A stretch of 63,292 nucleotides of DNA, counting the filler. It is 4 parts of 4 records of this genome, joined end to end, with 100 filler letters (N's around TTAATTAATTAA, not from the genome) between each part and the next. Parts side by side here need not be neighbours in the genome. Positions count along the whole stretch, not along the records: positions 31,757 to 46,898 come from DRR723986_8445; positions 46,999 to 57,538 come from DRR723986_8455; 2 more parts are not named here. One strand, written 5' to 3'. How positions within the stretch are numbered: position 1 is the stretch's first letter; each line of letters starts with the position of its first letter. Of this stretch, positions 40,485 to 50,484 are shown one piece after another. Below the pieces are notes generated by a model. That model had not been told where the DNA came from and ran no database searches. It saw only the letters and a program-made list of their open reading frames with translations. A program made the translations under genes and the position numbers.

Positions 40485-42551
40485 TCAGAGTCCACGGATA
40501 AAGTCATTCAGATTGGCACCGGCCTCCAGGTGTAACTTGCGCCGGATGCGAAAGCGGTTGGTTTCGACGGTTCGTGCCGAAATTTGCAGAAAATCGGCGA
40601 TTTCCTTGGTGCTGGAGCCCGTCTTAATCAGTGCACAGACTTTGCATTCGGTACTGGTGAGTGCCGGATATTCACCCGACAGGCGCCGCACAAAGTCTTC
40701 CGTGCCGCTTAAATCCTGATGCGCCGTCAGCAAGATGGTGTCGTTCAGCGCTTGTGTGAGGGCCTGCAATGCCTGCGTCTGCGGATCTACGCCGGCACCG
40801 TGGTTGCCGCTTTGTGACTGGGTGGTGGCATCACGCCACTTGCGGACAACATTATTGATATATTCCAGCTGCAGGTTGCGCGCATATACTTCGGTCTTGA
40901 GGACTTCCATCTCGCGCTGCAGCACTACGTTGTTTTCCTTCAGCTCTTCAAGCTCGCTGCGTTGGCGTTTTAACTCAATTTCCTGCACCGAAGTAAATAT
41001 CTGATTGCTGTTGCGTTCCAGATTTTGCTGTCGTTCGGCCAGGCGTAGCTCTTCTAGTTGCTCCAGTGCTACGGTAAACTCGCCACGTTTTTTGTATATC
41101 TCCAGGAGAGTTTGTTTAATCTGAAAATAATTTCTGGAGAACTTTATTTCATCAAACTCTTCGCGTGCGTTAAGTGCCAGCTCCAGAGCCTGATCCAGAC
41201 GCCCCAGTTCACAATACAGACTTGCCAAAAACAGCTGCGCACGCACCGCATGATATCGCGGCATTTCTTTAACACGCGCCGCCGCCAGGCTCTCATTAAA
41301 TTCAGTCTCCGCAGCAGATGTATCCCCAAGTTTTCTGAAGATTTTTCCGAGCACGCAACAAATGACCGGATGCATTCCCTTTTGCATCTTGAGTCCTTTC
41401 TGTTCCTTGACTCTTAATGCATATCCCTGCGCCTTTTTCAGTTCGGCTTCTGTCCAAAACTCATAGTCCAACAAAATGTCGACAGCCATAAGGTTGCTGG
41501 ATCGTAGAGGCAATGTTAATATAAGGTTTAGCGCACGCCTCAATGCACGGAAGCCCTCCGCCTCATCTTGAAATTCAACATACAGTTGCCCCGTATTCAC
41601 CATGATGGCGATTAATCCAACTTTTTCCGTTGTCTTTTCAAAGATCTCCTCAGCACGCAAAAAGTACTTAATTGCCTGGGTAAAGTTACCGTAGTAGCGC
41701 ATACGGACGCCGAGCTCATGACAGTACTTGCCCTCAATCCACGCAAGACCACACGACTTGGCGTATTCGTAACCGTCCAATAAAGCCCGCGCCTGTTTCT
41801 CGGTCTGCTGGGAATGGAGATAGCAGTATGCCAGGTGCGAAAGTACGATTGCCAGTGAGCGATAATCTCCCAGGGAAAGCGCCAGGTGTCGACTTTCGGT
41901 AAAATGCACTATGGCAGTTGCCAGGTCATGTTTTGCTAGATAGACGGCTGCAATCGCCTGGTGTGCTTTCGACTTTTCGGAAGCTGTCCGGCATTGTGGC
42001 AATAAATCCAGCGCGCTGCGCAAGTCTTCGTCAGTCCGGTCATACTGCTTGTTAAACAGCCGGATCGATGCACGCGCAGCAAACAATGCACAGGCCCGCC
42101 CGTTTAATTTTTTCTGTTCACAAATAAACAGACCATGTTCGACAGCATCTTGTGCTAAAGGCAAATTGTCAAACAAGCGATAATATGCGACTGTCCGTTC
42201 AGTGGCAAGCAACAGCATATTCCAGTCATCTAAAGCCTCAAGTATTTGCGTGGCTTCACTCAGTAATTTTGGATGTAATTCCTCTTCAAAGTTGCCCTCC
42301 AGACAGACGGCATGCGCCAGCAACGCCTGCGCCAGGACATGTTTATATGCATCAATCTGCCCGGACCGTTCTTCGGCTTTACGGCACAGCATTCGCGCCT
42401 GCTCAACCGCCGAAACAGCAATTGAAACTGCTTCCGGATAGTTCTGGATTGCAAGAGTTTCCGCCAGCCGCGCCATCGCCAGGACTTTGCGTTTACCGTG
42501 GAAGCGCGCTACCTTATTACGCAGGTCTTCAATATGTTGCTCTCTTTGCAT
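40485..42551 (-). CDS. TPR-repeat + coiled-coil + LuxR-type HTH transcriptional regulator (paralog 1)
   Basis: TPR-like helices; C-terminal YPALTSTECKVCALIKTGSSTKEIADFLQISARTVETNRFRIRRKL. Confidence 0.9.
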   Translation of the reverse strand: MQREQHIEDLRNKVARFHGKRKVLAMARLAETLAIQNYPEAVSIAVSAVEQARMLCRKAEERSGQIDAYKHVLAQALLAHAVCLEGNFEEELHPKLLSEATQILEALDDWNMLLLATERTVAYYRLFDNLPLAQDAVEHGLFICEQKKLNGRACALFAARASIRLFNKQYDRTDEDLRSALDLLPQCRTASEKSKAHQAIAAVYLAKHDLATAIVHFTESRHLALSLGDYRSLAIVLSHLAYCYLHSQQTEKQARALLDGYEYAKSCGLAWIEGKYCHELGVRMRYYGNFTQAIKYFLRAEEIFEKTTEKVGLIAIMVNTGQLYVEFQDEAEGFRALRRALNLILTLPLRSSNLMAVDILLDYEFWTEAELKKAQGYALRVKEQKGLKMQKGMHPVICCVLGKIFRKLGDTSAAETEFNESLAAARVKEMPRYHAVRAQLFLASLYCELGRLDQALELALNAREEFDEIKFSRNYFQIKQTLLEIYKKRGEFTVALEQLEELRLAERQQNLERNSNQIFTSVQEIELKRQRSELEELKENNVVLQREMEVLKTEVYARNLQLEYINNVVRKWRDATTQSQSGNHGAGVDPQTQALQALTQALNDTILLTAHQDLSGTEDFVRRLSGEYPALTSTECKVCALIKTGSSTKEIADFLQISARTVETNRFRIRRKLHLEAGANLNDFIRGL

Positions 42552-42621
42552 GGGCCCGAATGTAAGGATAATTTGGGATATTTAGGCCAGCCTGACACGT
42601 GGTCATTTTTTGGACTCACCA

Positions 42622-42715
42622 GATTTGCAGCGCCCGGCATTATCACTTCGGGCTCGCTTTTTGAGCACTGCGCCGCTCCCATTGCATTCGGCGGCTGGTT
42701 TGTTTTCATGTTAGT
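42622..42715 (-). repeat. Degenerate ~100-bp intergenic element, copy C (upstream of regulator 1)
   Basis: ACTAACA...AGCGGCGCAGTGCTCAAA...AGTGATAA..GGGCGC; 18-nt core matches copy B at 17/18. Confidence 0.7.
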
Positions 42716-43665
42716 CGGCGCACCACAGGCGCAAAGAACCTGAGCCACACATGCTTGAATTCCATGCTGCTGTAGCTTCTACACCAATAGTGCGTGGCGT
42801 TGTAGTAGGATTGTAGTAGCAAGGTGACACCATCTGATGCGTAGATTGCTTCCGTGCAGCAGCCATGCTACGACTGGGCATGTATCCTGTAGAATCAGCC
42901 TTGGCGAACAGGCTGCTGCCTAATTTTTGGCACGTAGAACAGATACCCAATACAACAATTCTCAAGGGGCATTTGAACAATGCGATATCATATAAGATCA
43001 GACGCTGAGCCCCTAAGAGAACATCCGGCCTAAAAGTTAAAGGCTCACGGCACTCCGCAATCCACGTATTTATAGAATCTATCATGGTGCGGATCGCAGT
43101 AGAGCCCGCTTGCCGCAAAGTTTACCACGAAGTGTCCCGCGACACTTCATGTACTAGCCCACTAAGGGTATTCCCATTTAGACACGACCAACTTTTCCTC
43201 ATCACAACGAGGATTTCACAATTTTTGGAGACGAGTATGACTAAAGCACTTCTGGCCACCGTCTCAGTTCACAACGGCGCAAACCGCTATGTAGATTTCG
43301 ACATGCCCATGCTGGAGAGTAGCTATACCCTCCGGCACAAGCCACATCAGCACTTAACATTGATATCGGAAATACACCCCACAAAACCCGAGCACAGCGT
43401 TAGACCCAGGAATAGAACCAGACCCGAGTTGTTCAGTGACCTGAGTGTCGAGTATATATTTATTTGATGTTCAACAAACCTGCAGCGGACCTTACAATCT
43501 AAAATCCAGACAAGACATGCAGCGTTTGTTTGCATCTGGCCTGTCCTTCGACTGCCCGCTGCTGGTTAATACCGGAATCCGGCGTGCCGCCCAACGTTAG
43601 ACTTCAGTTTACATGTTAAACTCACCAAAATATTTCTACGCCTTTCAGATTGATACTGCGCTTAC

Positions 43666-44541
43666 TTGCGACTACCATTCTTGCGGCTGTCTCAATTGTT
43701 TCCGGCTTGTGGTTCAGTGCAAAACAAAAAGATAAAACAAGCCACCGAATGTAATGGGAGGGGCGAAGTGCTCAAGCCTTTTCCGGAATTTGCTGAGAAG
43801 TTGCATGCGATTCAGAGCCTGACCAGACAGAAACGACAAATACACAATTATTCACATATACTGCAATTGCATTCATTCTGTACCCGTGGCTGTACTTCAA
43901 CAGAAGCAATTGTTGCAGTTGGCGGCGGAAACACAGCCAGCGTCAGTCTGAATTTTGTAGAACTGGAAAAAGATCGGGGTTACGGCGTACGCGTCACGGT
44001 TCCAAAGCCGTTAGCGGTCTCAAGTTTGTTAGTGACGTCGCCATCGGCAATAGCACCTACACGTCTGTATGCTGCCGGAAACTTAGCAGTTGTTCAACTC
44101 AAACAATCGATTGCGGATAAAATACGCAGCTCTGACTTGGTCAAAATTGACTTGCGGGTGTGGCCTGAAATAGTGCGCACGGATCAGGAGCTTGAGCTAA
44201 TTGTTACTACCGATGCAGCCATTCAGATCTCAATCATCGATATCAGCGGTCGCTACGTTTCCGGCTTTGTGCGATGGAAGCCCACTTGCAGCGGCACGTA
44301 CACAGTTGCGGTGGAATTTGTTAACCAATGTTGCTCAGTTTCAAATGTGCTCTTTGCTTGCGGTCGGTTCAATACGACAAATCCACGACATGTGGTGTGC
44401 CGCGGCTCTGTATCAGGCTTGACTCTATCCTGGCGGTACTACAATCACACAGAATGCGAGGATCACTCCGGCTTCAAATTCTGCAGAAACAGATTCAAAT
44501 CCGTATCAGCATCCAGCTCCAGCTTACGGCGTATCCGGTAG
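43666..44541 (+). pseudogene. Possible decayed gene for a secreted protein with a T9SS-CTD-like remnant
   Basis: VWPEIV..IQISIIDISGRYV..SGTYTVAV resembles a type A CTD. No convincing start or signal peptide, and the ORF runs into the convergent regulator. Confidence 0.35.
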
Positions 44542-46553
44542 CGATACGTCTCTATTGTGCGCGGTGATACATTCAAAATGCGGCAAACATCCTTACTTCC
44601 GGTGCCGCTCCGGATCAATCCACAGACCTTGCGTTCTCTTTCAGATAGCGCAGGATATATCTTCGACAGCTGAAGTTCGAATTCCTCACGACCACCGATG
44701 GCCTGAAGTACTTCTTCCCCGATATTTGACGAGAGGGCCGTTGTGATCGAGTTTAACAGCCCACGCATATCAGCCGGTGAAATCTCGACATCTTTGCCGA
44801 CTGAGCGGCCTAACTCATCCCGCCAATCACGCAAGAGATTATGCATGTACTCAAGCTGTACAGACTTAACCCGTAAAGACTGTTGCAGGCGCTCATTTTC
44901 ATTTTTTAAAGAGCGAACGCCTTGTTTTGCATCTGTCAATTCACGCTTTAATTTTTTAGACTCAATTATTTCAAGCGAAGCGCCAACTTCACTTCGATTG
45001 CGCTTCTTATGCCGTTCTATTTGTTTTTTGTACAAAATGCGCAGCTGTTTAAACGCTTCAGCATGGTTGCCTTGCTGCTCATAAACATCCAATAGCAGCA
45101 ACGCGATATCCTCTCGATTTGAAGCTGAAATGTCCTCGTCACCCATCGCCTGGGCTTTCTGCAGATGGTCGAGCGCCGCTTCGTACTCTTTTTGTTCATT
45201 AAACATTCTGGCATACAGGATGTGAATCCTGACAGTCACATAAACCACTTTGCGCGATTGAGCCTCAGGGAGCGCTTCCTGGAGTACCAGCTTCGCCTGT
45301 GCGTATTGCTCCAGTTTAATATGCGCCACCGCTTCACATAAACAGGTGCTAATTAACAGGTCGCTTCCGGCATACTTGTTCAGATAATCTCGTGACCGAG
45401 CACCAAATGACAGTATCTCGCGATAGTGTTTTTCTTCCCAAACATCATAGCGCAATAGTCGGGTAATCGATCCAACGGTTAGTGGATGTGGATCAGCTTG
45501 GATCATTAAATTAAATGCCCTGTGGGCTGTCTGACGTCCATGTTCCAAGTCTTCAAACTGGATGAGCGCTTTTGCCAGGCTCATCAGTGTACTCGTAAGA
45601 CCAAATAGATCACCGATTTGCTCAAAAAGCTCTTCTGCGTGATGCCAGTATTCTAAAAGACTTGTTAAATCGCCTTCCCCATATGCCAGGTTCCCCAACT
45701 CATCAGCAAATACGGCTTCCATCAACACGAAGCCGTCGTCGCGAGCACAACGAAATCCTTCTTCCAGGTTCGCCCGTAATAACTCCTTCCTGCCAGTGTA
45801 ATAATAGCAGAAGTGTAACTGCCAATGGCAAGTAGCCTGAGTGTTAAAAGCGTTAAGTAGGCGGCAGCATGTAATCGTCTCCACATAATACTTGATTGCC
45901 TGGTCAAAATCTTGAGCGTGATAATACAACTCGGCGACCGCAACAAGCGCTTGCATCCGGTCAGTAGTATCTTCACATTCCTCCAGCAATTCCAAGGCTT
46001 TTACTGTGTCAGCCGCCGTCGCTTCGTCCTGTTTTAAACGAACGTTGATTGATGCACGCGCAGCATAAAACTTGCAAAGAAACGATGGACGCCCCTGCAT
46101 GGCAGCAAGCGCAAGTGCTTTTTCAACGAGCTCCAGAGCCTTGTCCATCCGCGCAAACTGACGGTGATTTAATGCCTGATAATCCAGTACGTCATACAAC
46201 TTGTCCCAATCACCAATTTGCTCAAGCAATTGCGCCGCTTCTTCCAGAAATTGCGTTACATCGCTTTGTTCAACTCTGGACAGCCGGCTACGCCCTTTAA
46301 CATACAGGGCATAAGCCAGTGTTTTGTTATAAATATCCCGATTGGTCGTTTCACTCGGCAAACGCTCCAACAATGCTCGCGCCCGTTGTAGTGCTTCCTC
46401 GGCAATGCTCGCTGCTTCACGTGGCCTACTTCGGATTAGACACTCCGCTAACTCATTCATAGCCATAACTTTACGGCGTCCATCCAGGTATGACACCTGA
46501 TGGCGAAGCTGGGCAATGCGCTCCTCGGGCTTTATGTGCATTTTGTTTGACAC
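44463..46553 (-). CDS. TPR-repeat + coiled-coil + LuxR-type HTH transcriptional regulator (paralog 2)
   Basis: Same architecture as paralog 1; C-terminal YPALSERERKVCGLIRSG..ILNVSPRTIETYRYRIRRKL. Start GTG 46553 or ATG 46541. Confidence 0.9.
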   Translation of the reverse strand: MSNKMHIKPEERIAQLRHQVSYLDGRRKVMAMNELAECLIRSRPREAASIAEEALQRARALLERLPSETTNRDIYNKTLAYALYVKGRSRLSRVEQSDVTQFLEEAAQLLEQIGDWDKLYDVLDYQALNHRQFARMDKALELVEKALALAAMQGRPSFLCKFYAARASINVRLKQDEATAADTVKALELLEECEDTTDRMQALVAVAELYYHAQDFDQAIKYYVETITCCRLLNAFNTQATCHWQLHFCYYYTGRKELLRANLEEGFRCARDDGFVLMEAVFADELGNLAYGEGDLTSLLEYWHHAEELFEQIGDLFGLTSTLMSLAKALIQFEDLEHGRQTAHRAFNLMIQADPHPLTVGSITRLLRYDVWEEKHYREILSFGARSRDYLNKYAGSDLLISTCLCEAVAHIKLEQYAQAKLVLQEALPEAQSRKVVYVTVRIHILYARMFNEQKEYEAALDHLQKAQAMGDEDISASNREDIALLLLDVYEQQGNHAEAFKQLRILYKKQIERHKKRNRSEVGASLEIIESKKLKRELTDAKQGVRSLKNENERLQQSLRVKSVQLEYMHNLLRDWRDELGRSVGKDVEISPADMRGLLNSITTALSSNIGEEVLQAIGGREEFELQLSKIYPALSERERKVCGLIRSGTGSKDVCRILNVSPRTIETYRYRIRRKLELDADTDLNLFLQNLKPE

Positions 46554-46628
46554 GCCTAAAGATACACAATTTGCGTGTGCCGTTCGTTAAGTGGGGCACC
46601 TTAATATTCGCTTGTCGAATTGGTGTAT

Positions 46629-46730
46629 GATTTTCGCTTGCGCCCCTCTCCTTAGCACTCGGTGGCTGGCTTGTTTGAGCGCTGCGCCGCTTTCGTTGAC
46701 TCTCGCTGCTGGCTTTTTCCTTTTGTTAGT
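46629..46730 (-). repeat. Degenerate ~100-bp intergenic element, copy B (upstream of regulator 2)
   Basis: ACTAACA...AGCGGCGCAGCGCTCAAA..GCCAGCC..AGTGCTAA..GGGCGC. Confidence 0.7.
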
Positions 46731-46898
46731 GGGCAAGTTGCGAGATTCGGTAACAGGCAATTGCATAGTATGCTGTAACTCTACGCTTCCGGCCGGTGAT
46801 CGATTGCGCAGTGAGTCACGCTTTTGTGACCTTTGAATCCAGATACAGAGTCTTGGGGTTAGAAATACCCCCCACCTACAAATTGCAATCGTACACGC

Positions 46899-46998
46899 NN
46901 NNNNNNNNNNNNNNNNNNNNNNNNNNNNNNNNNNNNNNNNNNTTAATTAATTAANNNNNNNNNNNNNNNNNNNNNNNNNNNNNNNNNNNNNNNNNNNN
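46899..46998. other. Artificial contig spacer
   Basis: 44 N + TTAATTAATTAA + 44 N. Confidence 0.99.
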
Positions 46999-47056
46999 GT
47001 TCGGGCGCTTCGTCTACAATGGTATACAATATGTCGGAGTTTGATTTATCGGCCAT
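46999..47056 (-). CDS. icd: Monomeric NADP-dependent isocitrate dehydrogenase, N-terminal fragment (truncated by contig end)
   Basis: MADKSNSDILYTIVDEAPE matches the IxYTxxDEAP start of monomeric IDH; only 19 aa are visible. Confidence 0.7.
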
Positions 47057-47307
47057 TTTTCTTACCTTTTCGCCCGTATAAGGCGTGAGACTTGAGATGA
47101 GACTGTGCAGCTTTGCTGCGGCTACGAATACGCGGTCCACACCGCATCATGCGGGCAGAGCCGCGCAAACGGCGGCAAAGCGAACACCGACCATGTAAAG
47201 GAGAGCGCGCGTGGGTTCAATTGACACAAGCCGCGCATTTTGACCCAGTTTGGCGAAAACTCGGCCTTCTGGCTGAAAATTGGGGCTGAGGGTTGCTAAA
47301 CCCGCGC

Positions 47308-48900
47308 TCAGGTCCCCGTCAAAGCCGAGGTTTGGGCCGACGCGATGTAATCTGAAACCGCTGCGCGTTCTGCATCCGACAGGTGCAGGCCCATTCGCGT
47401 GCGACGCCACAAGAAATCATCGCCCTCTTGCACCCACTCATTTGCAATGACCCAGTCGATTTCGGCCCCGGTCAGGGTAGCGCCCAGATCAACGCCAAGA
47501 TCTGCCGCTGCTTTTGCATCGCCAAGAATGGCCGTGGCCTCAGTTCCATAGGTGCGCACCAAGCGCCGGGCCCAATCGCGATGCAGAAACGGATACTGTG
47601 TGCACAGCGTTTCAATCAGCGCATCAACGCCATCAACAGGGAAATCCCCGCCCGGCAGCGGAACGCCCGCGGTCCAGCCCTGAGATGTCGCCGGGAAAAC
47701 GGATTTCACATGCGCCATCGCGGCCTCGGCCAGTTTGCGGTAGGTGGTGATTTTGCCACCAAATACGTTCAGCATTGGCGGACCCTGCGAATGATCCAGC
47801 CGCAGCACATATTCGCGGGTGGCAGCGGTCGCGGAACTGGCGCCATCGTCGTACAGCGGGCGCACGCCGGAATACGTCCAAACGACATCTTCTGCGGTGA
47901 TCGGGGCCTCAAAGTACTGCGAGGCGAACTCCAGTAGATACGCTTGTTCCTTTTCGGAACACCTAGGCGTGGTCGCTGCATCTGAATGTTCGGAATCGGT
48001 GGTTCCAATCAGGGTGAAGTCATCCTCATACGGAATCGCAAAGATGATCCGCCCGTCTTCGCCCTGAAAGAAATAACTTTTGTCGTGATCAAACAGTTTG
48101 CGCGTCACGATGTGGCTGCCCCGAACCAGGCGCACCCCATCAGAGGAGGACGCACCGGCGACACCCTTCAGTACGTCCTCAACCCATGGCCCCGTCGCAT
48201 TCACCACCATTTTGGCCCGACGGGTGAATGTGCTGTGATCTGCGCGTTGGATCGTGATCAGCCAGTGATCGCCCGCGACCTCCATCCCGACAACTTTACT
48301 GCGGGGCAGGATTTCGGCACCGCGCGCTTGGGCGTCTCGGGCGTTTAGAACAACAAGTCGGGAATCCTGTATCCAGCAGTCTGAATACTCATAAGCCTTG
48401 GCGAACTTGGTTTTCAAAGGACGCCCAACCGGGTCACTTTGCAAATCCAGAGTTGTGGTTGCAGGCAGGATCTTACGCCCGCCAAGCGTGTCATACAGGA
48501 ACAGCCCCATGCGGATCAGCCAAGCGGGGCGGCGCCCTTTCATCCACGGCATAACACGGGACAACATGCGCGAGACGGGTGTTTCAGCCTCGAACCGCAT
48601 ATCCGCGTGATAAGGCAGAACAAACCGCATCGGCCAGCTGATGTGGGGCATCGCACGCAAGAGGACCTCGCGTTCTATCAAAGCCTCGCGCACAAGGCGG
48701 AATTCGAGAAACTCCAGATACCGCAGGCCTCCGTGAAACAGCTTGGTTGACGCCGAAGAGGTCGCAGACCCCAAGTCATTCATCTCGGCCAAGGACACTG
48801 ACATACCCCGACCTGCTGCATCACGGGCAATGCCGCAGCCGTTTATGCCGCCGCCGATGATGAACAAATCCACCGGGTCTGTGTGTTGTGTATCAGTCAT
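47308..48900 (-). CDS. glpD: Aerobic glycerol-3-phosphate dehydrogenase (FAD)
   Basis: IGGGINGCGIARDAAGRG, TSSASTKLFHGGLRYLE, GVRPL and GGKITTYR motifs. Confidence 0.96.
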   Translation of the reverse strand: MTDTQHTDPVDLFIIGGGINGCGIARDAAGRGMSVSLAEMNDLGSATSSASTKLFHGGLRYLEFLEFRLVREALIEREVLLRAMPHISWPMRFVLPYHADMRFEAETPVSRMLSRVMPWMKGRRPAWLIRMGLFLYDTLGGRKILPATTTLDLQSDPVGRPLKTKFAKAYEYSDCWIQDSRLVVLNARDAQARGAEILPRSKVVGMEVAGDHWLITIQRADHSTFTRRAKMVVNATGPWVEDVLKGVAGASSSDGVRLVRGSHIVTRKLFDHDKSYFFQGEDGRIIFAIPYEDDFTLIGTTDSEHSDAATTPRCSEKEQAYLLEFASQYFEAPITAEDVVWTYSGVRPLYDDGASSATAATREYVLRLDHSQGPPMLNVFGGKITTYRKLAEAAMAHVKSVFPATSQGWTAGVPLPGGDFPVDGVDALIETLCTQYPFLHRDWARRLVRTYGTEATAILGDAKAAADLGVDLGATLTGAEIDWVIANEWVQEGDDFLWRRTRMGLHLSDAERAAVSDYIASAQTSALTGT

Positions 48901-49666
48901 GGGATTGATCCACTGTCAAAACTTCGGTCTCGCCAAGGCGGGCCTGTTCCAGAAACTCCAACGGGGGGGGTGTATCTGTCACCACATAATCCAGATCCGC
49001 GATGGCGCAGATTCTGACCGGGGCAGAAATCGCGAATTTGGATGTGTCACACACTAAGATGCGCGTGCGCGCGTTGCGCAGGACCGCCCGAGCCACCGAA
49101 ACCTCACGTGCGTCAAAATCCAGAACCGAGCCGTCCGCATCCAGCGAGGACGCGCCGATCACCGCATAATCCACCTTGTAGCGCGAAATGAACTCGACCG
49201 CGTCTTCACCAACGATGGCACCGTCGCTTTGACGTACGGCACCCCCGGCCAAAATGAGGTCTTTGGATCGGGTGCCAATCAGGCTGTTGATGATGTTGAT
49301 ATTGTTTGACAATACCGTCAGCCCCGAATGCGCCGCCAACGCTTTGGCAACCTGCTCTGTTGATGTGCCGATGTTCAAGGACACCGAGCAATTGTCAGGG
49401 ATCAGCGATGCCGCGATACGGCCCATCGCCTCTTTCTGTGGTGCACAGGTTTGACGCCGCGCTGCGTATTCCCGGCTCGAACTTTGATCGGCGCGTTCGG
49501 CCCCACCATGGGTGCGCATGGCCAATCCGCGATCACTGAGCGCCCGCAAATCCGCGCGAATTGTCTGTGTACTGACTCCAAACCGATCAGCCAGATCTTC
49601 GACCTGAACCCGATCCTGATCTTTGAGCAGGTCTACAATACTTTGATGTCGGCTGTTCGCGTCCAT
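48893..49666 (-). CDS. glpR: DeoR/GlpR family repressor
   Basis: HTH VSTQTIRADL..RTHGGA; DeoR C-terminal domain; overlaps the glpD start. Confidence 0.9.
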   Translation of the reverse strand: MDANSRHQSIVDLLKDQDRVQVEDLADRFGVSTQTIRADLRALSDRGLAMRTHGGAERADQSSSREYAARRQTCAPQKEAMGRIAASLIPDNCSVSLNIGTSTEQVAKALAAHSGLTVLSNNINIINSLIGTRSKDLILAGGAVRQSDGAIVGEDAVEFISRYKVDYAVIGASSLDADGSVLDFDAREVSVARAVLRNARTRILVCDTSKFAISAPVRICAIADLDYVVTDTPPPLEFLEQARLGETEVLTVDQSHD

Positions 49667-49710
49667 TAAGATTCTCTCGTGCGTTTCGCCGAATACATAG
49701 GCTCATTTAC

Positions 49711-49754
49711 TTTCAAAGTCATTCGTTTTGTTTTCACTAATTTCAAATGTGAAA
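49711..49754. promoter_or_regulatory. Candidate GlpR operator (about 10-bp-period TTTC(A/G) repeats)
   Basis: TTTCA/ATTCGTT/TTTCA/TTTCA at 49711, 49721, 49732 and 49741; the last forms TTTCA-AATG-TGAAA; upstream of glpR. Confidence 0.5.
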
Positions 49755-49828
49755 GAGGACGCACTGGTACGCCTCCCTAGAATTGCAAGAATGGTTATTC
49801 TCTTAACTTTACAACTCCGGACTGAGGC

Positions 49829-49854
49829 ATTATGTGAATGCTCATTCGCAAAAT
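49829..49854. promoter_or_regulatory. Candidate TetR operator palindrome
   Basis: ATTATGTGAATG-CT-CATTCGCAAAAT, a near-perfect inverted repeat 10 bp before the TetR ATG. Confidence 0.65.
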
Positions 49855-49863
49855 GAGTCCCAA

Positions 49864-50484
49864 ATGGCCCGACCCAAAGATCCCAAGAACCGAAACCGAC
49901 GCACCACCGCCATTTTGGAGGCAGCCGCGACGCTGTTTGCCACAAAGGGCCTGCAGGACACGACGATGCAGGACATCTGCAAAGCAGCAGCCATCAGCCC
50001 CGGCGGTTTGTATCGGTATTTTTCCGGCAAAGACGCGATCATACAGGCCCTCGCGCTGCATGAACGCGACAGCGTAGATGATCTGACCCGCATGATTGAA
50101 ACCGGGTCTAGCCTGCTTGAAACCTTGGATGGCCTTGTGGCTGATCTGGTCGCGTATCAAACCAACCCGATCATTTCGCGTCTCTCAATCGAATTTGGAA
50201 TCCATGCCCACAACACGCGCGAAGGATTCGAAGACCTGCAAGCTTCGGAACGCAATCTGGCGGCTGCCATGGTGCATGCGATCCAAAAAGATCAGGCGGC
50301 AAACCGGTTGCCCACTGACCTTTGCCCCGACAGCGTTGTTTATTCCTTGCTCGCTTTGTTTGACGGCATGATTACGCAAGCGGCCTTTGCCGAACGGGCC
50401 GTGCCCGCTGCCCTAACTGAAACCGTGCGCCGCATGCTGCATATCTATCTTGCCCCCCCATCCAAAGGACCGCGCAATGACTGA
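49864..50484 (+). CDS. TetR/AcrR family regulator
   Basis: ILEAAATLFATKG..TTMQDI..AAISPGGLYRYFSGK. Confidence 0.94.
   Translation: MARPKDPKNRNRRTTAILEAAATLFATKGLQDTTMQDICKAAAISPGGLYRYFSGKDAIIQALALHERDSVDDLTRMIETGSSLLETLDGLVADLVAYQTNPIISRLSIEFGIHAHNTREGFEDLQASERNLAAAMVHAIQKDQAANRLPTDLCPDSVVYSLLALFDGMITQAAFAERAVPAALTETVRRMLHIYLAPPSKGPRND

Noticed and set aside
43347-43535. Minus-strand ORF with a lipobox-like GFVGC as a candidate signalling peptide for the TPR regulators
   Set aside because: No start codon near the hydrophobic stretch and no RBS; cannot be supported.
46587-46836. Short ORFs on both strands over element copy B (and ORFs 35959-36195 and 42509-42748 over copies A and C)
   Set aside because: Indels between the copies break frame and the peptides do not align well, so the conservation looks non-coding.
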